DNA of 64,000 bases from NCBI GenBank assembly GCA_963770895.1, contig CAVYRF010000001.1, positions 960,001 through 1,024,000 on the forward strand, in the 5' to 3' direction. Position numbers and translations under genes: made by a program. The DNA is from an uncultured Acidobacteriota bacterium (GTDB lineage: Bacteria > Acidobacteriota > Thermoanaerobaculia > Multivoradales > UBA5704). Below are positions 12,701-25,609 of this stretch, one piece after another. The notes beneath the pieces were generated by a model that saw only the letters and a list, made by a program, of their open reading frames with translations, was not told where the DNA came from and made no database searches. How positions within the stretch are numbered: position 1 is the first letter of the stretch; each line of letters opens with the position of its first letter.

Positions 12701-15700
12701 GCGCCGGCGGCACCTGTGCCGCTGCCGGTCGTCGATCTCGGCGGGTTGGCCGGCGTGGCCGGCGGGGCGGCGGCCGAGGCGGCGCGGCTGGCGGCCGCCG
12801 AGGCGCGCCGCGCCTTCGATCTCGGCCGCGACCTGCCGCTGCGCGCCTGCCTGCTGCGGCTGGGCGGCGGCGAGCACCGCCTCCTCCTGACGCTGCACCA
12901 CATCGCCGCCGACGGCTGGTCGCTGGCGCTGGTCGCCGGCGAGCTGGGGCCGCTCTACGCCGGCGCGGCGCTCGCCACGCTGCCGCTGCAGTACGCCGAC
13001 TACGCGGCCTGGCAGCGGCGGGCGATGAGCGGCGCGGCGCTCGCGCGGCAGCTCGACTACTGGCGGCGGCAGCTGGCGGAGCTGCCGCCGCTGGAGCTGC
13101 CGGCGGATCGGCCGCGCCCGGCGGTGCCGCGGCAGCGCGGCGCGGTCCTCCCCTGGCGATTGCCGGCGGAGCTCGGCGACCGCCTGCGGCAGCTGGCGCG
13201 GGAGGCCGGGGCGACGCTCTTCATGACGCTCCTGGCCGGCTTCCAGGAGCTGCTCGCGCGCCACGCCGGGCAGGACGACTTCGCGGTCGGCGCCGCCGTC
13301 GCCAATCGCGGGCGGCGCGAGATCGAGGGTCTGGTCGGCCTTTTCGTCAATACCCTGGCGCTGCGCACGGGGGCCGGCGGCGACGGCGCCGCCGGCTTCG
13401 CGGCGCGGGTCGCCGCGACGCGCGAGACGACGCTCGCCGCCTACGCCCATCAGGACGTGCCGTTCGAGCGCCTGGTCGAGGAGCTGCAGCCGGCGCGCGA
13501 CACCCGCCGCGCGCCGCTCGTCCAGGTCATGCTGCTGTGGCAGAACACGCCGCTGCCGGCCCTCGCCCTGCCGGGCCTCGCGGCGTCGGCCGCCGCGATC
13601 GACAACGGCAGCGCCAAGCTCGATCTGCTGCTGTCGCTCGAGGACGAGGCGGGCGCCGTCGCCGGCGCCTGGGAGGTCGATACCGACCTCTTCGACGTGG
13701 CGACGATCGCGCGCTTCGCCGAGCGCTTCCGCTGCCTGCTGGCGGCGGCCGCGGCGGAGCCACGGCGGCCGCTTGCCGAGCTGCGCTGGTTCGACGAGGC
13801 GGAGCGGCGCGAGATGCTGGCCGCGGGGCAGGCCGCTCCGGCAGCCTGGCAAGCAGAGCGGCCGGTGCGGGCGCTGGTTGCCGAGCAGGCAGCGCGTGCT
13901 CCCGAGGCGGTGGCGGTGACCGCCGCCGGTGAGCGAGCGCTTTCCTATGGCGCGCTCGACGCCGCGGCCGCCCGCCTGGCCGGCGTGCTGCGGCGGCGCG
14001 GGGTCGGCCCCGAGGTGCGCGTCGGCGTCTGTCTCGACCGCGGCCCCGAGCTCCTGGTGGCGCTCCTCGCGGTGCTCGAGGCCGGCGGCGCCTATGTGCC
14101 GCTCGATCCGGCCCATCCGCCGGCGCGCCTCGCGGCGGCGATCGCCGATGCGGCGCCGCGGCTCGTGCTGGCCGCGCGCCGCCACCGCGCGCTCCTGGCC
14201 GGCGCAGCGGTCTACGACATCGAGGAGGCGCTGGCGGCGCCCGGCGGTGCCCCGCTGAGCACCGCGGCCGCCGGCGCGGCGCCGGCTGATCGCTGCCTGG
14301 ACGGGGCGGCGTACGTGATCTTCACCTCCGGTTCGACCGGCCGTCCCAAGGGGGTGGTGGTGACGCATCGCGGGCTGAGCAACCTGCTGCTCGCGATCCG
14401 CGACCTGGGGGCGGTGGTGCCGGGCGAGGCGCTGCTGGCGGTGACCACGCTCGGCTTCGACATCGCCGGGCTCGAGCTCTTCGTGCCGCTCGTCACCGGC
14501 GGCACGGTGGCGCTCGCGGCGCGCGAGGAGAGCGCCGAGCCGGCGCGGCTGCGGGCGCGGCTCGCCGATCCGCGCATCGCGGCAATGCAGGCTACCCCGG
14601 CCACCTGGCACATGCTGCTCGACGACGGCTGGCGCCCGCGGCGTGGGTTCCATGTCCTCTGCGGCGGCGAGGCGCTGCCGGCGGCGCTGGCGGCGGCGCT
14701 TCTCGCGCCCGGCGCGGCGCTGTGGAACCTCTACGGGCCGACCGAGACCACCATCTGGTCGACCGCCCTGCGTGTCGCGCCGCACGTGCCGCGAGGAGCG
14801 ATCGTGCCGCTCGGCGCGCCGCTCGCCCACACCACCCTGCGAGTGCTCGACGGCGGCGGCGAGCCGGTGCCGCTCGGTGTCGCGGGCGAGCTCCACATCG
14901 GCGGCGCCGGTGTCGCCCGCGGCTACCTCGATCGTCCCGACCTGACGGCCGAGCGCTTCGTCCCCGACGCCTGGGGCGCCGCCGGCGCGCGTCTTTACCG
15001 CACCGGCGACCGCGTCTGCCGGCGCTCCTCCGGCGCGCTCGAGTTCCTCGGCAGGCTCGACCACCAGGTGAAGCTGCGCGGCTTCCGTATCGAGCCGGCA
15101 GAGATCGCGGCCGTGCTGCGCGACTCACCGGGTATCGGGGAGGCGGTCGTCGTGCTGCGCGAGGACGTTCCCGGCGGTCCGCGGCTGGTGGCCTACGTCG
15201 TGCCGGCGGCGCCGGCGGGCGCGGGGAAGGTGCCGGCCGCGCCGGCGGATACCGCCGCGGCCGAGCTGGCGGCGGCGCTGCGCCGGCGCTGCCGCGAGCG
15301 GCTGCCGGCCCAGATGGTGCCGGCGGCGTTCGTGGTGCTGCCGCGGCTGCCGCTCACCCCCAACGGCAAGCTCGACCGCCGGGCACTGCCGGCGCCGGCG
15401 GCGCCAGCGTCGCCGGCAGCGGGGGAGCGCGGCAGCGCGGCTGCCGTGGCGGCGACGCCGCTCGAAGAGATCGTCGCCGGGCTGTGGGCGGACGTCCTGG
15501 GGCGCGAGCGCGTCGGCATCGAGGACGATTTCTTCACCGACCTGGGCGGTCACTCGCTCCTCGCGACGCAGGTGGTGGCGCGGCTGCGCGAGCGGCTGGG
15601 GTACGAGCTGCCGCTGCGCTCGCTCTTCGAGGCGCCGACGGTGCGCGCCTGGGCGGGGCGGGTGGCGGCCGCGGCGGAGGTGGGGGAGGACGCCGCGCTC

Positions 15701-18700
15701 GCAGCGGCGCCGCCGCGCCTCGAGCGGCGGCCGAAGGCGGCGCCTGGAGAGCCGCCGGCGCCGCTGCCGCTGTCGTTCGCCCAGGAGCGCCTCTGGTTCC
15801 TGGAGCAGTTGGCGCCGGGGCTCCCGGTCTACAACCTGCCGCTCGCGGTGCGCCTCTCCGGCCCGCTCGACCGCGCCGCGCTCGCCCGTGCGCTGGCCGC
15901 GGTGGTGGCGCGCCACGAGGCGCTGCGCACCCGCTTCCGCTTCGCCGGCGGGCGGCCGGTGCAGGAGGTGGCGCCGGCGCTGGCGATCGACCTGCCGGGC
16001 GCGCCGCTGCTGGCGCTGCCGCTGGTCGATCTCACCGGCGTTGCGGCGCCCGCGGGTGCGACGGCAAGCGCGACCGCGCCAGGCACGGCGGCGGCCCTCT
16101 CGATGCCGGCAAGCACGGTGGCGGCGCGGCTCGCGGCGGCCGAGGCGGCACGGCCTTTCGATCTCGAGATGGCGCCGCTGCTGCGCGCGACGCTCGTGGC
16201 GCTGGCCGCGGGCGAGCACCTGCTGCTCCTGACCCTGCACCACATTGCCGGCGACGGCTGGTCGTTCGGTGTGCTGCTGCGCGAGCTGGGTGCGCTCTAC
16301 GCCGGCAGGGTGCTGCCGGAGCTGCCGGTGCAGTATGCCGACTATGCCCTGTGGCAGCGGCGATGGCTGCGCGGCGCGGTGCTCGACGGCCAGCTCGCCT
16401 TCTGGCGGCGCCAGCTCGCGGAGCTGCCGGTGCTCGACATGCCGGCCGACCGGCCGCGGCCGCCGGCACAGGCGCACCGCGGCGGGCAGGTGCCGATCGC
16501 GGCGCCGGCGGCTCTGCTCCCGGCGCTCCGGCAACTCGGCCGCGCCGCCGGGGCGACGCTCTTCATGACCCTCCTGGCCGGCTTCCAGGCCCTGCTCGCG
16601 CGCTGGAGCGGGCAGCGCGACCTGGCGGTGGGGACGGCGGTCGCCAACCGCCGGCGCCGCGAGCTCGAAGAGCTGATCGGATTCTTCGCCAACACCCTGG
16701 TGCTGCGCGCCGACCTCGCGGCGGCGGCGGACTTCGCGGCGCTCCTCGCGCAGGTGCGCGCGACGACGCTCGACGCCTATGCCCACCAGGACGTGCCGTT
16801 CGAAAAGCTGGTCGAGCAGCTGCGCCCGACGCGCGACACCGGCCGCAACCCGCTGGTGCAGGTGATGCTCGTGCTGCAGAACGCGCCGCTGGCGGTGCCG
16901 CCGCTGCCGGGGTTGACCGCGGCCGCCGCGGCGGTCGCCGGCCACGGCGCGATGTTCGATCTGTCGCTGCTGCTGACCGAGGACGTGGACGGCGGGCTCC
17001 GCGGCGTGCTCGAGTACGACGCCGATCTTTGGGACGCGGCGACGGCGGAGCGCCTGGCGGACCACTTCCTGCGCCTGCTGGCGGCGGCCGCGGCGGCCAC
17101 GGAGGGGGCGACGGCGCCGCTCGCCGATCTGCCGCTGCTGTCGCCCGGCGAGCTGCGGCAGGTGGTCGAGGAGTGGAACCGGACGGCGCGCGAGCCGCGG
17201 CCGGCGGCGACTCTGCACGCGCGGGTCGCGGCGCAGGCGCGGCGCACGCCGGCGGCGGTGGCGGTGGTCCACGGCGGGCGGCGGCTCACCTACGGCGAGC
17301 TCGCCGACGCGGCGGGCGTCCTCGCCGGGCGGTTGCGGCGTGCCGGCGCCGGCGCCGGGCGGATCGTCGCGGTGAGCCTCGAGCGCTCCGCGGAGATGGT
17401 GGTGGCGCTGCTCGGCGTGCTCGCCGCGGGCGCAGCCTACGTGCCGCTCGATCCGGCCTATCCCGCCGAGCGGCGGGCCTGGGTCTTGGGCGATGCCGGC
17501 GCCGCCCTGGGGGTGACCTCGACGCGGCTTCAGGCGCAGGTCGCGGGCGACAGTGCGGTGGTGCGCTGGCTGTGTGTCGACCAGCCGGAGGAGGAGGCGG
17601 TGGCCGGCCCGGGTGGCGCGGCGGCGGTGGCATCGGCGGCGTTGGCGGCGGCGATGGCGTCGGCGGCCAGCGGGTGGCGGGAGACCGATCCCAGCGAGCT
17701 GGCGTACGTGATCTACACGTCGGGGTCGACGGGGCGTCCGAAGGGTGTGGCGATCGCGCACGAGAGCGCCTCGGCGCTGCTCGACTGGAGCGCGGCGACC
17801 TTTCCGGACGCGGCGTTGGCGGGGGTTTTGGCGAGCACCTCGATCAGCTTCGACCTGTCGATCTTCGAGCTGTTCGGCACGCTGGCGCGCGGCGGCACGG
17901 TGGTGCTCGCCGAGACGCTGTTCGATGAGGCAGCATGGGACTGCGGCTGGCCGGTGACGTTGGTGAACACGGTGCCGTCGCTGCTCGATTCGCTCCTGGC
18001 CGGCCGGCCGCTGCCCGCGAGCGTCCAGGTGGTGAACCTGGCGGGCGAAGCGCTGCCGGCGCGGCTGGTGGAGCGGCTGCGCGCGGCGCTTCCCGACGCG
18101 GTGGTGATGAATCTCTACGGTCCGTCCGAGGCGACGACGTATTCGACCTGGGCGCGGGTAGGTGGGGAGCCGGTGCCGCCGATCGGTCGGCCGGTCGCGG
18201 GGACTTGGGGCTACGTGCTCGACGGGGCGATGGCGCCGCAACCGGTGGGCGTACCGGGGGAGCTGTACCTGGGGGGCGCGGGCCTGGCGCGCGGCTACCT
18301 GGGCCGGCCGGAGCTGACCGCCGAACGGTTCCTGCCGGACCCCTTCGGTGATCAGAGGGGTAAGACGGGCTGGGGGGGCCAGGGGAGCCGGGGGGGCGAG
18401 CGTCTCTATCGCACCGGCGACCGGGTGCGCTGGCTTCGGGGGGGCGTGCTCGAATACCTGGGGCGGCTCGACGACCAGGTGAAGCTGCGCGGCTTCCGCA
18501 TCGAGCCTGGTGAGGTCGAGGCCGCGCTCGCCGGGCACCCGGCGGTGCGCGAGGCGGCGGTGGTGGTGGTGCGTCAGGACGCGGCGGGAGAGCGGCGGCT
18601 GGTGGCGTACGTCGCCCTCGCAGAGGCCGGTGAGCGGGCCGCCGCCGCGGGTGCCGCGGGCAATGGGAATGCCGCCGGCGCGAGCGCCGGGGACGCGGCC

Positions 18701-19198
18701 GCCGCGGAGCTTCGCCGCTACTGCCGCGAGCGCCTGCCGGCGCACCTGGTGCCGGCGGCGTTCGTGATGCTGCCGCGGCTGCCGCTCACCGCGAGCGGCA
18801 AGCTCGACCGCCGCGCCCTGCCTGCCCCCGAGGCTCCCGAAGCGGCGCTCGCCGGCCAGTTCGTGGCGCCGCGCAACGAGCTCGAACGCACCGTCGCCGC
18901 GATCTGGCAGGAGGTGCTGGGGGTCGAGCGGGTGGGCACCCGTGACAACTTCTTCGATCTCGGCGGCCATTCGCTGCTCCTGGTGAGCCTGCGCGACCGG
19001 CTGCGCCAGCGGCTGGGGCGCGACTTCACGCTGGTCGATCTCTTCCGCCATCCGACCGTCGCCGCCTTCGTGGACGCGCTGGCGCAGCCGGTCGCGGCCG
19101 AGCTGCCGCGCGGCGACATTGCGACGCGCGCCGCGCAGCGCGAGGCGGCGATGCGCGATCGGCGCTCGTTCCGGCCCGGCTCGAAAGGTGGGCGATGA
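698..19198 (+). CDS. Multimodular NRPS, 6166 aa: C-T-C-A-T-C-A-T-C-A-T-C-A-T-C-A-T
   Basis: True start is MTASEV at 698 (ATGA coupling), not 56. Six C motifs (HHIAGD, HHLVAD, HHIVAD, HHIIAD, HHIAAD, HHIAGD), five A domains (YTSGSTG/FTSGSTG..PKG) and six carriers (one LDSL, five GGHSLL). Hand-read codes: A1 DVVHLGLVDK (Ser-like), A2 DAWFLGNVVK (Leu), A3 DAWQAGFIDK (Gln-like), A4 DILQLGLIWK (Gly), A5 DLFNNALTYK (Ala). No E or TE domain. Confidence 0.95.
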   Translation: MTASEVAAPPAAGAATAAAGEEAFVFPLSLAQERLWFVDQMSPGLAAYNIPLAVRLCGRLDRAALAAALAGVVRRHETLRTRFGVDDGQPVQVIAPETAAPPAAAAGAAVLPEVDLRALGAAKAAAEAARLAAAAAAAPFDLPRGPVWRARLLRTAAAEHVLLLVLHHIAGDRWSLGVLLAEVAALYVGRPLPPLPLQYADFAVWQREALAGGELGRQLAHWRERLAGAAPLVLPADWRRPARARHRGAVVRGDLPPALADALRQRGREAGATLFMTLLAGFVVVLAQHAGEDDLVVGTAVAGRARRELEGLIGFFVNTLPLRVDLAGEPTFGELVARVRAVALDAFAHQDVPFDRLVEEMRPSGGLGGGGAAPPLVQVTFLLQNTPLPELRLPGVELAEMSLPSRFAKFDLAVSAVEEAGGGVSVHWELDADLFLPAGVERLARQFRTLLAAAVAAPHLAVWDLPLADQAETAALLAAWNRDLRLPVGVAPPLSAPSAPSAVSETEELASWLCTAAATAAGVAAARVAPDMPWSRLALDSLAAVELRHEIAAHTGVEVELADLLDAASADHLAAAILARQQEERSGAAPSTAAMAGVAAVATAAWPEPSPPGSELPLAAGQRALWLIHQLAPASGAYHIAAAFRVLAPLDDAALRRAVATIARRHAALRSTFHARGGEPYQTIQPEMPPEWREIDATGLALAGLGERLADEAWRPFDLARGPLVRLVWLRGAAGGDRLLFVVHHLVADFTSLAVAAAELGALYGLAAPPPPPPPPPAVSYEQFVRWQAAALAGERLERLWAFWSAALAGAPAALDLPADRPRPPAPSYRGGVERARLPGGAGSLALLAGAGAGAGAGERAATPFVALAAAWMGLLHRTTGDEDLLVGTATAGRPGPRAAAVVGYFANPVVLRARPRGDQPFSALLAELRETTLAAFAHQDLPFPLLAERLHPERDAARSPVFQVSLALYREPGGAAAPAALAAISGIAGIAAGAPDVPLDLGGLRLASLALDERWAPFDLSLRAAEVAGDLVLALQFSRDLFDAVTARRLLDHLVRLLAAAAARPASRLAELPLLAAAERWQLLGEWAETATATARAVGLPHLVAEQAARTPDAVAVVATAGRHLSYGELDRRAAGLARRLAAHGVGLDSRVGLHGERSPELVIGALGILRTGAAFVPLDPELPPARLAFQLGDAVGAGGVVLAADAPAGPPWDAMRVLPLALRADGSAGAPGAGEVPPDGLAYVLYTSGSTGTPKGVMNSHRGIVNRLLWGKTVFPLTAADRVAQKTPATFDVAVVELFSPLVQGACLVQARAGGHREPAYLARWLVEQAITVAHFVPSLVLELLAERALPRAGALRRLLVGGEAMARQLALGVEQRLAARLYNLYGPAEAAVDTVTWPCRDQAAARPVPLGWPVANTRAYVVEHGGEPAPLGIAGELWLGGPQLGRGYLGRPALTAERFVPDPWAAAAGTAGARAYRTGDRVRRRWDGALEFLGRLDFQVKVRGVRIELGEIEAALVAQPEIAAAAVRLAGEAATARLVAFVVAARGASVPAAAELRRRLRQTLPDAMLPARCVTLAALPLTPHGKRDHAALALLAAAPARPAGDAGDVFEGGEGGAAWEAPRGAVEELLAALYAELLPDLAPGEIGRDANFFALGGHSLLAARLAARAGQALGCELPLAAVWSAATLADLARAAAALRAAGVAELAPLVPVPREGELPLSFAQERLWFIDRLEPATAHYNLAAALAVHGALDRRALARAVAALAVRHEVLRARFPAPLGRPVQAIAATPAAAPLPLVDLAALPPAARAAELDRRMRDEARRPFDLARGPLLRCLLLHAAPGEHRLLVTLHHIVADGWSVGILERELGDLYAAGAGSRTPPLPVLPLQYADFAVWQRRSLTDAVAAGEAAWWRERLAAAPADLALPFDRPRPAVPRRYGASVPVALPPAVAATVGEWARRQRLTPFMALLAALQALLARYSGQPAIAVGAPVAGRQRAELEPLVGCFVNTLVLVGEVDDDPPFADLLTRTRQAVLAALAHQELPFERLVELLAPERRVGRQPFFQVLLAVEDARPAGLTLAGLRVARLPPAHVTAKADLALTVAGDTAGFRGALDYDRELFDPPTAARLAAHWTTLIAAAAAHPGRRLSELPLLSPGERAQVVGEWNDTAPAAADAAHAANAANPADSAAWLPVPAQVAARARRAPDAAALVQAGRVVSYGALYAAASSLAARLRACGVGPETTVALCAERSAELAVGLLAVLLAGGAFVPLDPAQPAARLGRLLSDARPRAVLTRRGLRDRLPPACDAPVIELDAVLAPQDVARPDAPPAPLAPADAEPAATPAAAPPAAPGQLAYVIYTSGSTGQPKGVEVSHAAFANLVAWHRRAWALAAGTQASWLSGVGFDASVWELWPALAAGGTLHLPDDATRLAPEALRDWLVARQVGIAFAPTALAAALVESPWPRATALAVLLTGGDRLAARPPAGLPFALINNYGPTEGTVVATAGRVPPRTVAAPAPPTIGRPIRGVAVRLLDPALRPVPIGVAGELCIAGLGLARGYRGRPELTAGRFVPDPLGSAGARLYRSGDLGRWLAAGEIEFLGRRDQQIKLRGHRIEPAEIEAVLTAHPAVRQAVVLAVGEGGARRLVASVEGVQGAVSAADLRAHLRAALPEAMVPARLVFVERLPLTVNGKLDRRAVAVEHAAALAVTGGGGGGADQAAAAGADGTGGAPRGPVEELLAGVWADLLGIEAAAIGRQADFFALGGHSLLATRLAALVERAIGVEMPLAAVFAAPTLAGLAARIAAAHDATLPPLPPLPALPPLIAAGRGGPREEGGELAAAFAQERMWLLDRLAPASGAYHIATALAAAGALDVAALRSALDAFAGRHETLRTTFAERDGRLLQVIAPPSAQALPVIDLTAATAGAAAELHRLVRAEAARPFDLARGPLLRVTLVRRGTRDQVLLVTLHHIIADAASVAVMLRELGVLYDAAQARGADHGGVVPVLAPLPIQYADYALWQRGWLRGELLAGEVAWWRERLAGLPPELPLPWDRPRPAVPRRAAHLARRPLAAAAALAALARAHGATLFMTLLAAFQVLLARLGGGDDVPVGTPVANRTRPEVEGLVGLFVNTLVLRGDLAAAPAFDAFLARTRDAALAAYAHQEVPIEKLVEALAPVRDAGRQPLFQVLFTLEEAPLAGLRLGGVALAPLAAAPAPAKFDLTLAVTRQGGELTATLELDGDRFDAATGELLADCFATLVAGIAGIAGIAAAPAPGVDALPLLDTAARRAVLAAAEGERVRRPARGLHELFEAQAARTPDAVALVDADRHLTYQALDEWGNLLAHRLARVGVGADARVGICAERSAAMSAALLAVLKAGGAFVPLDPDHPPERLAGEIAESEARVVLVTAAVAARLPRLPAGTVVLRIAAPPPSPASERAALPRRAALPAALAYVIFTSGSTGRPKGVMVSHGAILNHELFVAERYPLNAGDTALQITPFSFDAALWELFTPLAAGARLVVARPGGHRDPSYITRLAAAEGATVLQLVPSMAAPLLDDPGIAACRALRLVACGGEPLPGELADRLMARLGVALVNFYGPTECAIDATSWPCRPGEGRRRVVPIGLALPNVRAHVLDDGLAPLPVGAPGELCVGGACLARGYVGRPELTAERFVPDPWSARPGERLYRTGDRVRRLRGGEIEYLGRRDAQVKVRGARVELGEIEAVLLAMPGVSEAAVVMAGDQDARRLVACVVPAAGAAGDDGGGGGGGRPGELAAALRRHCREQLPEYMLPQAFVVLARLPRLPSGKLDRRAAAAAAAGAVADESAASADGAPHTPYEEIVAGLWAEVLGRQRVGVEADFFADLGGHSLLAAQVVSRMRERLGVEVPLRALFDAPTVRGLAAVALRTSEMAATAAIAVPLLARRAGEEPAALSFAQERIWFLTQLTPGLTAYNMPLALTLHGDLAVPALARALAALTARHEVLRTRYAALGGPPVQVVAPAAPVPLPVVDLGGLAGVAGGAAAEAARLAAAEARRAFDLGRDLPLRACLLRLGGGEHRLLLTLHHIAADGWSLALVAGELGPLYAGAALATLPLQYADYAAWQRRAMSGAALARQLDYWRRQLAELPPLELPADRPRPAVPRQRGAVLPWRLPAELGDRLRQLAREAGATLFMTLLAGFQELLARHAGQDDFAVGAAVANRGRREIEGLVGLFVNTLALRTGAGGDGAAGFAARVAATRETTLAAYAHQDVPFERLVEELQPARDTRRAPLVQVMLLWQNTPLPALALPGLAASAAAIDNGSAKLDLLLSLEDEAGAVAGAWEVDTDLFDVATIARFAERFRCLLAAAAAEPRRPLAELRWFDEAERREMLAAGQAAPAAWQAERPVRALVAEQAARAPEAVAVTAAGERALSYGALDAAAARLAGVLRRRGVGPEVRVGVCLDRGPELLVALLAVLEAGGAYVPLDPAHPPARLAAAIADAAPRLVLAARRHRALLAGAAVYDIEEALAAPGGAPLSTAAAGAAPADRCLDGAAYVIFTSGSTGRPKGVVVTHRGLSNLLLAIRDLGAVVPGEALLAVTTLGFDIAGLELFVPLVTGGTVALAAREESAEPARLRARLADPRIAAMQATPATWHMLLDDGWRPRRGFHVLCGGEALPAALAAALLAPGAALWNLYGPTETTIWSTALRVAPHVPRGAIVPLGAPLAHTTLRVLDGGGEPVPLGVAGELHIGGAGVARGYLDRPDLTAERFVPDAWGAAGARLYRTGDRVCRRSSGALEFLGRLDHQVKLRGFRIEPAEIAAVLRDSPGIGEAVVVLREDVPGGPRLVAYVVPAAPAGAGKVPAAPADTAAAELAAALRRRCRERLPAQMVPAAFVVLPRLPLTPNGKLDRRALPAPAAPASPAAGERGSAAAVAATPLEEIVAGLWADVLGRERVGIEDDFFTDLGGHSLLATQVVARLRERLGYELPLRSLFEAPTVRAWAGRVAAAAEVGEDAALAAAPPRLERRPKAAPGEPPAPLPLSFAQERLWFLEQLAPGLPVYNLPLAVRLSGPLDRAALARALAAVVARHEALRTRFRFAGGRPVQEVAPALAIDLPGAPLLALPLVDLTGVAAPAGATASATAPGTAAALSMPASTVAARLAAAEAARPFDLEMAPLLRATLVALAAGEHLLLLTLHHIAGDGWSFGVLLRELGALYAGRVLPELPVQYADYALWQRRWLRGAVLDGQLAFWRRQLAELPVLDMPADRPRPPAQAHRGGQVPIAAPAALLPALRQLGRAAGATLFMTLLAGFQALLARWSGQRDLAVGTAVANRRRRELEELIGFFANTLVLRADLAAAADFAALLAQVRATTLDAYAHQDVPFEKLVEQLRPTRDTGRNPLVQVMLVLQNAPLAVPPLPGLTAAAAAVAGHGAMFDLSLLLTEDVDGGLRGVLEYDADLWDAATAERLADHFLRLLAAAAAATEGATAPLADLPLLSPGELRQVVEEWNRTAREPRPAATLHARVAAQARRTPAAVAVVHGGRRLTYGELADAAGVLAGRLRRAGAGAGRIVAVSLERSAEMVVALLGVLAAGAAYVPLDPAYPAERRAWVLGDAGAALGVTSTRLQAQVAGDSAVVRWLCVDQPEEEAVAGPGGAAAVASAALAAAMASAASGWRETDPSELAYVIYTSGSTGRPKGVAIAHESASALLDWSAATFPDAALAGVLASTSISFDLSIFELFGTLARGGTVVLAETLFDEAAWDCGWPVTLVNTVPSLLDSLLAGRPLPASVQVVNLAGEALPARLVERLRAALPDAVVMNLYGPSEATTYSTWARVGGEPVPPIGRPVAGTWGYVLDGAMAPQPVGVPGELYLGGAGLARGYLGRPELTAERFLPDPFGDQRGKTGWGGQGSRGGERLYRTGDRVRWLRGGVLEYLGRLDDQVKLRGFRIEPGEVEAALAGHPAVREAAVVVVRQDAAGERRLVAYVALAEAGERAAAAGAAGNGNAAGASAGDAAAAELRRYCRERLPAHLVPAAFVMLPRLPLTASGKLDRRALPAPEAPEAALAGQFVAPRNELERTVAAIWQEVLGVERVGTRDNFFDLGGHSLLLVSLRDRLRQRLGRDFTLVDLFRHPTVAAFVDALAQPVAAELPRGDIATRAAQREAAMRDRRSFRPGSKGGR

Positions 19199-22100
19199 AG
19201 AGCGCCGGCGCGGCGCCCCCGGTGCCGACGGAGAGGCTCGACGCGGAGGACGCCCTCGCCGGCCTCGACCCGGATCTTGGCTCGGCGATCGCGGTCGTCG
19301 GCATGAGCGGGCGCTTCCCGGGCGCGGCGAGCGTCGCCGAGCTGTGGGACAACCTGCGCGCCGGCCGCTGCGGCATCCGCTTTCTGAGCGACCAGGAGCT
19401 GGCGTCTGCGGGGGTCGGCGCGGCGGAGCGCGACGACCCCACCTACGTGCGTGCGGCGGGGGTGTTGGGCGGCGCCGATCTGTTCGACGCCGGGCTCTTC
19501 GGCCTGACGCCGCGCGAGGCGGAGGTGATGGACCCGCAGCTGCGGGTGTTCCTCGAATGCGCCTGGGAGGCGCTGGAGGACGCCGGGCACGACCCCGAGC
19601 GCTTCCCCGGCTGGATCGGCGTCTATGCCGGCGCGGCGCTCGGCAAGTACTTGTGGCTCAACGTCGGGCGCCACCCGGAAGCGCTGGCCGCGGTCGGCAC
19701 CTTCCAGGCGATGATCACCAACGACAAGGATTTCCTCGCCACCCAGGTCAGCTACCGCCTGAACCTGCGCGGTCCCAGCATCGGCGTGCAGACCGCCTGC
19801 TCGACGTCGCTGGTCGCGGTGCACCTCGCCTGCCAGGGTCTGGTGAGCGGCGAGTGCGACATGGCGCTCGCCGGCGGCGTCGCGGTGAGCGTGCCGGAGC
19901 TGCGCGGCTACCGCTTCCAGCCGCGCTCCATCACCTCGCCCGACGGTGTCTGCCGGCCTTTCGACGCGCGGGCGGCGGGGACCATCCGCAGCAACGGTGC
20001 CGGGGTGGTGGTGCTGCGGCGGCTGCGCGACGCGCTGGCCGACGGCGACCGCGTGCTGGCCCTCTTGCGCGGCTCGGCGATCAACAACGACGGCGCCGCC
20101 AAGGTCGGCTACACCGCGCCCTCGGTCGGCGGCCAGGCGGAGGTGATCGCCGCGGCGCACGCGGTGGCGGGGGTGAGCGCGGAGAGCATCGGCTACGTCG
20201 AGGCGCACGGCACGGCGACGGCGCTCGGCGATCCCATCGAGGTGGCGGCATTGACGCAGGCGTTTATCGCCGGGGGCGCCGGGGGCGCCGGGGGCGCCGG
20301 CGACCCAGACGGCACCCGCGGCCCCGGTGGCGACGGCGCTCCCCGGAGCCGCGGGCTGTGCGCCCTGGGCTCGCTCAAGGGCAATCTGGGCCACCTCGAC
20401 GCGGCGGCCGGGGTTGCCGGCCTGATCAAGACGGTGCTCGCGCTGCAGCATGCTGAGCTCCCGCCCAGCCTCCATTACGAGACGCCCAACCCGCGCATCG
20501 ACTTCGCCGCCAGCCCGTTCTACGTCAACGCCCAACTGCGCCCCTGGCCCGCGGGGGAGACGCCGCGCCGCGCCGGCGTGAGCTCGTTCGGCATCGGCGG
20601 CACCAACGCCCACGTGGTACTGGAAGAGGCGCCGCCGATGATGGGAGCAGCGGGAGCGGCGGGAGCGGTGGCCGCGGCGGCCGGCAACGGTGAAGACGTC
20701 GCCGCCGGCGGCGACGCCTGGCAGGTGCTGGTGCTCGCGGCCCGCGACGAAACCGCGCTGCGTGCCGCGGCAGAGCGCCTGGCGCGCCACCTGACGCAGC
20801 AGGAGGAAGCGGCGGCGGACGGCGGCGGCGCCCCCGATCTCGCCGCGGTCGCCTACACCCTGCAGGTCGGACGCCGCGCCCTGGGCTGGCGCTGGTCGGC
20901 GCCGGTGCGCGGCATGGCCGAGGCGCGCGCCCGCCTCGTCGAGCTGGCGGTGGGAGACGTGGCGGCGACCGCCCCTCCCGCAGCGCGGCCGGCGGTGGCG
21001 TTCGTCTTTCCCGGCCAGGGTGCGCAGTTCGCCGGCATGGGTGCCGAGCTCTACCGCGAGGAGCCGGTCTTCCGCGCCGCGGTGGAGGAGTGCTGCGATT
21101 CCCTCGGGCCGGCGCTCGGCGGCGAGGTGCGGCGCTGGTTGACGATGGACGTGGCGGCGGGCGCCGGCGGCGCCGCGCCGGCGGACGGCGGCGACACCGC
21201 GGCGGCGCTCGATCAAACCTGGCTCACCCAGCCGGCGCTCTTCGTCTGCGAGCACGCCCTGGCCCGTCTCTGGATGAGCTGGGGGGTGACGCCTACGGCG
21301 CTTCTCGGCCACAGCGTCGGTGAGCTGGTGGCGGCGACCCTGGCCGGTGTCCTGACGCTGGCGGACGCCCTCCGCCTGGTCGCGGAGCGCGGCCGCCTCA
21401 TGCACTCCCTGCCGCCGGGCGCCATGCTGGCGGTGACGCTCGGCGAAGAGGCGCTCCTGGCGCGCCTGCCGGCGGAGCTCGACCTGGCGGTGGTGAACGG
21501 TCCGCGGCAGTGCGTGGCGGCCGGCCCCGAGCCGGCGGTCGCGGCGTTCGCGGCGGCGCTGGCCGAGGCGGGAGTGGCCGCACGCCGCCTGCGCACCTCG
21601 CACGCCTTCCATGCGCGCGGCATGGAGCCGATCCTCGACGAGCTGCGGCGTGTCGCGGCGGCGCTGCCGGCCGGCGAGCCCGCGCTGCCCTGCGTGTCGA
21701 GCCTGAGCGGCGATTGGGCGCGCCCCGGCGAGCTCGCCGACCCCGGCTACTGGGTGCGTCAGGCGCGGCAGACGGCGCGCTTCGGCGACGCCCTCGCCCG
21801 CCTGCTCGCCGAGCCCGGCCGCATCCTCCTCGAAGTCGGCCCGCGCCAGGGTCTCGCCCAGCTCGTGCGCCAGCTCGCCGCGGAGCCGGCCGCCGCGCAG
21901 CCGGCGACCGCAGCAGCGCCGACCGCGGCGGTGCTGACTGCAGCGGCAGCGACAGTGCCGGGGTCGACTGCAGCCGAGCCGATCGCGGCGGGGTCGACGT
22001 CAGCGGCGCCGATCGCAGCCGAGCCAACCGCAGCGATGACCCCGGCTGGCGCCGCCATAGCGGTTTTTTCCGGGCTGCGGCAGGCGCCCGCCGGTCACCG

Positions 22101-25100
22101 GGTCGCGGGCGGCCGGGAGCAGGTGCTGCGCACCCTGGGAGCGCTCTGGCAGCACGGCGTGGTGGTCGACTGGCCAGCCCTACACCGCGGCGCGCGGCGG
22201 CGCCGGGTGGCGCTCCCCACCTACCCCTTCGAGCGGCGCCGCTACTACCTGCCGACCGCCGAAGAAGAAGAGGCTTCCGGCGGAGGTGCGGCAGCGATAT
22301 CCGGCGGGGAGGGGTTGGTGGCAGGCGGCGGGGAGCTGGCGGCGACCGATCGGGGCGCGGTGGCGGCCGGGCATGCCGCCACGCCCGCGGGCGGCGCCGC
22401 TGCGCGGCGGGCGCTGCGCGACTGGTTCTACCTGCCGTCCTGGGAGCGCACGCTGCCGCCGCCGCCCGTAACGACGGTGGCGCCGCCCGCGGACGCGGCG
22501 CCCGGCCGCTGCCTGGTCCTGGCCGACCGCCACGGATTGGGCGCCGCGCTGAGCACGGCGCTCGCCGCCGGTGGCTGGCAGATCACGACCGTCGAGGAAG
22601 GCGAGGAGTACGCGGCAGACGGCAACGGGCGCTACCGGCTGCCGCCCGGCGACGGGGACGCCTGCCGGCGCCTCTGGCAGGAGCTGGCGGCGGGGCCGGG
22701 CCTGCCGCACCGCGTGCTGCACCTGTGGAACGTGGCGCCCGATGACGGCGCGCCGGATGACGAAGCCTCCGACGTTGACGCGCCGGACTGCGTAGCGCCC
22801 GAAGTTGGCTCGTCGGCCGACGCAGCGCCCGACGTTGGCGCGCCGGACGGCGCAGCGCCCTACGACGGTGTCCCCGGCAACGGTGCTCTCGGCAACGGCG
22901 CGCCCTGCGGCGACCCTCCCGACGACGAACCGGAACGCAGCACGGCGGCGCTCGCCGCCGGCCTCGACCGCGCCTTCTACAGCCTGCTCCACCTGGCGCA
23001 CGCGCTCGGCCACCACGCCGCGGCGCTTGCCGCCGGAGCCGGGGTCGAGGTTACCGTGGTCGCCGACCGGCTGTATGCGATCGAAAGCGGCGACCGGCCG
23101 CGGCCGGTGGCGGCGACGCTTCTCGGGCCGTGCCGCGTCCTGCCGCAGGAGCTGCCGGGTGTGCGTTGCCGGGTGATCGACCTGGACCCGCGGCTGCCGC
23201 CGGCGCGCCAGGCGGCGCGCTGCCTGGCGGAGATCGCGGCGCCGGACGGCGATCCGGTGGTGGCCTGGCGCGGGCCGCACCGCTGGGTGCCAGCCTGGAA
23301 GGCGGCGCCGCTCCCCGCAGCGGCGCCGGGCGGTGGCGCAGCGACGGCCGGCGGTGGCGCAGTGGTGGGCGCGGGCGCCCACCTGATCACCGGCGGGCTG
23401 GGCGGCCTGGGATTGGAGGTCGCGCACCTGCTGGCGGCGCGCGGCGGTGCGCGCCTGGTGCTCCTCGGGCGCACGGAGCTGCCCGAGCGCGCGGTGTGGG
23501 AGGCCTGGGTGGACGGCCATCCAGGGGCGGGTCGCACGAGCGCCACCCTCCGCCGCCTGCTCGCCCTGGAGGAGCAGGGCGCCGAGCTGTTGATCCTCGC
23601 CGGCGACGTCACCGACGCGGCGCGCATGGTCGAGGTGCGGCGGCTCGCCGAGGCGCGCTTCGGTCCCCTCGACGGCATCTTCCACGCCGCGGGCGTGCCG
23701 GGCGGCGGCCTGCTGCAGACCCGGTCCGCGGCGCGCGCCGCCCAGGTGCTGGCGCCCAAGGTGCAGGGCACGGCGGTTCTGGCGCGGGTGTTCGGCGGTC
23801 CCGGAGCTCCGACTGGTCCCGGCATTCCTCGCGGCGCCGGCGGTTCTGGCACCGCCGTTGGGCCGGGTGGTCCAGGGAGTCTCGCCATTCCAGGCGGCCC
23901 CGGCGGTCCGGCCGGCTCCGGTGGTTCGTCCGGCTTGGACGGTCAGGTCGGCCCCGGCGCTCCCGGCAGTCGGGCGCTGCCGCGGCTCGTCCTCTGCTCG
24001 TCGCTCGCCGCCCTGACCGGCGGCATCGGCCAGGCGGACTACGCGGCGGCCAACGCCTTCCTCGACAGCTTTGCCGCCACCGCGGCAGCCGCGGGTGACG
24101 GACCGGCGCGAGTCGTCGCCATCGCCTGGGACGCCTGGCAGGAGGTCGGCATGGCGGCGGCGGCCGAGGTCCCGGCGGAGCTGCGCGAACAGCACTCTCG
24201 CGGCCTCGCGGAGGCGATCACTCCCGCCGAAGGGCGCCAGGCGCTCGCCCGCATCCTGGCGAGCGGCGCGCCGCAGATCGCGGTGTCCACGGTGGCGCTC
24301 GCCCCACGCCTCGCCGCCGCGGCGCGCTGGCGCCTGACGGCGGCGCTTGCGGGCACGGCCGCGGACGGGGCAGCGCCGGGAGCCGCCGATCGCCGCGCCC
24401 GCCATCCGCGGCCGGCGGCGCTGGGCCCGTGCCTGCCGGCGGCGGCACCGCTCGAAGCACGCCTGATCGAGATCTGGCAAGCGCTCCTGGGCATCGAGCC
24501 GATCGGCCGCGACGACGATTTCTTCGAGCTCGGCGGCCATTCGCTCCTCGCCATCCAGCTCGCCGCCGCCCTGCGCGCCCAGCTTGCCGTGGAGGTGCCG
24601 CTCGACACACTGGTCGGCGCCGCCACCCCGGCGGCCCTCGCCGCCGCCCTGGCGCCCGCGGCGGGCGGCTCCGTCGCCACGTCCGACGCCGCGAGCGCCC
24701 GCCCGGCCGGCGACCGTTCATCGGCCGCAGCGCCTGCCAGCTACGCTGGCGCTGCCGCTGTGCCCGCCGCGCCGCGCCTTGCCGCCCTGCAGGCGGCCGG
24801 GTCGCAGCTGCCTTTCTTCTGCGTCCACCCCGCCGGCGGCAACACCTTCTCGTACCGCGAGCTCGCCGCCGCCCTGGGGCGCGAGCGGCCGTTTCATGCG
24901 ATTCAGTCCGACGGGCTCGACGACGAGCTGATCGCCGGCCTCACCATCGAGACGATGGCGGCGCGCTACGTCGCCGCGGTGCGCGGCGTCCAGCCTGCCG
25001 GCCCCTACCATCTGGGCGGCTGGTCGATGGGTGGTCTGGTCGCCTACGAGATGGCGCGTCAGCTCGCCGCCGCGGGCCAGGCGGTGGCGCTGCTGGTGCT

Positions 25101-25575
25101 GTTCGACACCCGCGCCCGCACCCGCACCGGCGACGTCGACGAGCTGCCGGAGGACGACGTGGAAATCCTCTTTGCCCTCTACGGCGACGATCTCGGATTG
25201 ACGCTCGCCGAGCTCCAGGCGCTCCCCGCCGCCGCGCTCCTGCCGTTCGTCGTCGAGCGCGGCCACAGCGGCGGTTTTCTCGCGCCCGACTTCGGCGTCG
25301 AGCAGGCGCGCCGTCTGCTCGCGGTGTACAAGCGCAACCGCCGCCTCATGTGGGATTACGAGCCGCGCCCCTATCCCGGCTCCCTCGTCCTGCTGCAGGC
25401 CCGCGACCGCCGGCGCGGCGAAGCCGCACCCTTCGGGCTCGGCTGGGATCTCTTCGCGCGCGGCGGCCTCGACGTCGAGATCGTCCCTGGCAACCACAAC
25501 AACCTGATGGCCGCGCCCCGTGTCGCCGCGGTCGCCGCCGCCGTCGCGCGCCGTTTCGCCGCCCTCGTGCCCTGA
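19195..25575 (+). CDS. Terminal type I PKS: KS-AT(malonyl)-KR-ACP-TE
   Basis: KS has [12 protein letters not shown] (signature of a KS downstream of an NRPS), EAHGT and KGNLGH. AT has GHSVG and SHAFH. KR has ITGGLGGLG and [14 protein letters not shown] has GGHSLL and TE has GWSMGG. ATGA-coupled to the NRPS. Confidence 0.95.
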   Translation: MKSAGAAPPVPTERLDAEDALAGLDPDLGSAIAVVGMSGRFPGAASVAELWDNLRAGRCGIRFLSDQELASAGVGAAERDDPTYVRAAGVLGGADLFDAGLFGLTPREAEVMDPQLRVFLECAWEALEDAGHDPERFPGWIGVYAGAALGKYLWLNVGRHPEALAAVGTFQAMITNDKDFLATQVSYRLNLRGPSIGVQTACSTSLVAVHLACQGLVSGECDMALAGGVAVSVPELRGYRFQPRSITSPDGVCRPFDARAAGTIRSNGAGVVVLRRLRDALADGDRVLALLRGSAINNDGAAKVGYTAPSVGGQAEVIAAAHAVAGVSAESIGYVEAHGTATALGDPIEVAALTQAFIAGGAGGAGGAGDPDGTRGPGGDGAPRSRGLCALGSLKGNLGHLDAAAGVAGLIKTVLALQHAELPPSLHYETPNPRIDFAASPFYVNAQLRPWPAGETPRRAGVSSFGIGGTNAHVVLEEAPPMMGAAGAAGAVAAAAGNGEDVAAGGDAWQVLVLAARDETALRAAAERLARHLTQQEEAAADGGGAPDLAAVAYTLQVGRRALGWRWSAPVRGMAEARARLVELAVGDVAATAPPAARPAVAFVFPGQGAQFAGMGAELYREEPVFRAAVEECCDSLGPALGGEVRRWLTMDVAAGAGGAAPADGGDTAAALDQTWLTQPALFVCEHALARLWMSWGVTPTALLGHSVGELVAATLAGVLTLADALRLVAERGRLMHSLPPGAMLAVTLGEEALLARLPAELDLAVVNGPRQCVAAGPEPAVAAFAAALAEAGVAARRLRTSHAFHARGMEPILDELRRVAAALPAGEPALPCVSSLSGDWARPGELADPGYWVRQARQTARFGDALARLLAEPGRILLEVGPRQGLAQLVRQLAAEPAAAQPATAAAPTAAVLTAAAATVPGSTAAEPIAAGSTSAAPIAAEPTAAMTPAGAAIAVFSGLRQAPAGHRVAGGREQVLRTLGALWQHGVVVDWPALHRGARRRRVALPTYPFERRRYYLPTAEEEEASGGGAAAISGGEGLVAGGGELAATDRGAVAAGHAATPAGGAAARRALRDWFYLPSWERTLPPPPVTTVAPPADAAPGRCLVLADRHGLGAALSTALAAGGWQITTVEEGEEYAADGNGRYRLPPGDGDACRRLWQELAAGPGLPHRVLHLWNVAPDDGAPDDEASDVDAPDCVAPEVGSSADAAPDVGAPDGAAPYDGVPGNGALGNGAPCGDPPDDEPERSTAALAAGLDRAFYSLLHLAHALGHHAAALAAGAGVEVTVVADRLYAIESGDRPRPVAATLLGPCRVLPQELPGVRCRVIDLDPRLPPARQAARCLAEIAAPDGDPVVAWRGPHRWVPAWKAAPLPAAAPGGGAATAGGGAVVGAGAHLITGGLGGLGLEVAHLLAARGGARLVLLGRTELPERAVWEAWVDGHPGAGRTSATLRRLLALEEQGAELLILAGDVTDAARMVEVRRLAEARFGPLDGIFHAAGVPGGGLLQTRSAARAAQVLAPKVQGTAVLARVFGGPGAPTGPGIPRGAGGSGTAVGPGGPGSLAIPGGPGGPAGSGGSSGLDGQVGPGAPGSRALPRLVLCSSLAALTGGIGQADYAAANAFLDSFAATAAAAGDGPARVVAIAWDAWQEVGMAAAAEVPAELREQHSRGLAEAITPAEGRQALARILASGAPQIAVSTVALAPRLAAAARWRLTAALAGTAADGAAPGAADRRARHPRPAALGPCLPAAAPLEARLIEIWQALLGIEPIGRDDDFFELGGHSLLAIQLAAALRAQLAVEVPLDTLVGAATPAALAAALAPAAGGSVATSDAASARPAGDRSSAAAPASYAGAAAVPAAPRLAALQAAGSQLPFFCVHPAGGNTFSYRELAAALGRERPFHAIQSDGLDDELIAGLTIETMAARYVAAVRGVQPAGPYHLGGWSMGGLVAYEMARQLAAAGQAVALLVLFDTRARTRTGDVDELPEDDVEILFALYGDDLGLTLAELQALPAAALLPFVVERGHSGGFLAPDFGVEQARRLLAVYKRNRRLMWDYEPRPYPGSLVLLQARDRRRGEAAPFGLGWDLFARGGLDVEIVPGNHNNLMAAPRVAAVAAAVARRFAALVP

Positions 25576-25609
25576 GGACGGACGCAAAGGGGCGAGGAGC
25601 GGGCGGCGC

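Noticed and set aside
3575-15064. 3829-aa minus-strand ORF and other long antisense ORFs (15125-19051, 18718-21612, 30560-33259, 57888-63383)
   Set aside because: These are antisense shadows of high-GC coding genes, with no domain motifs.
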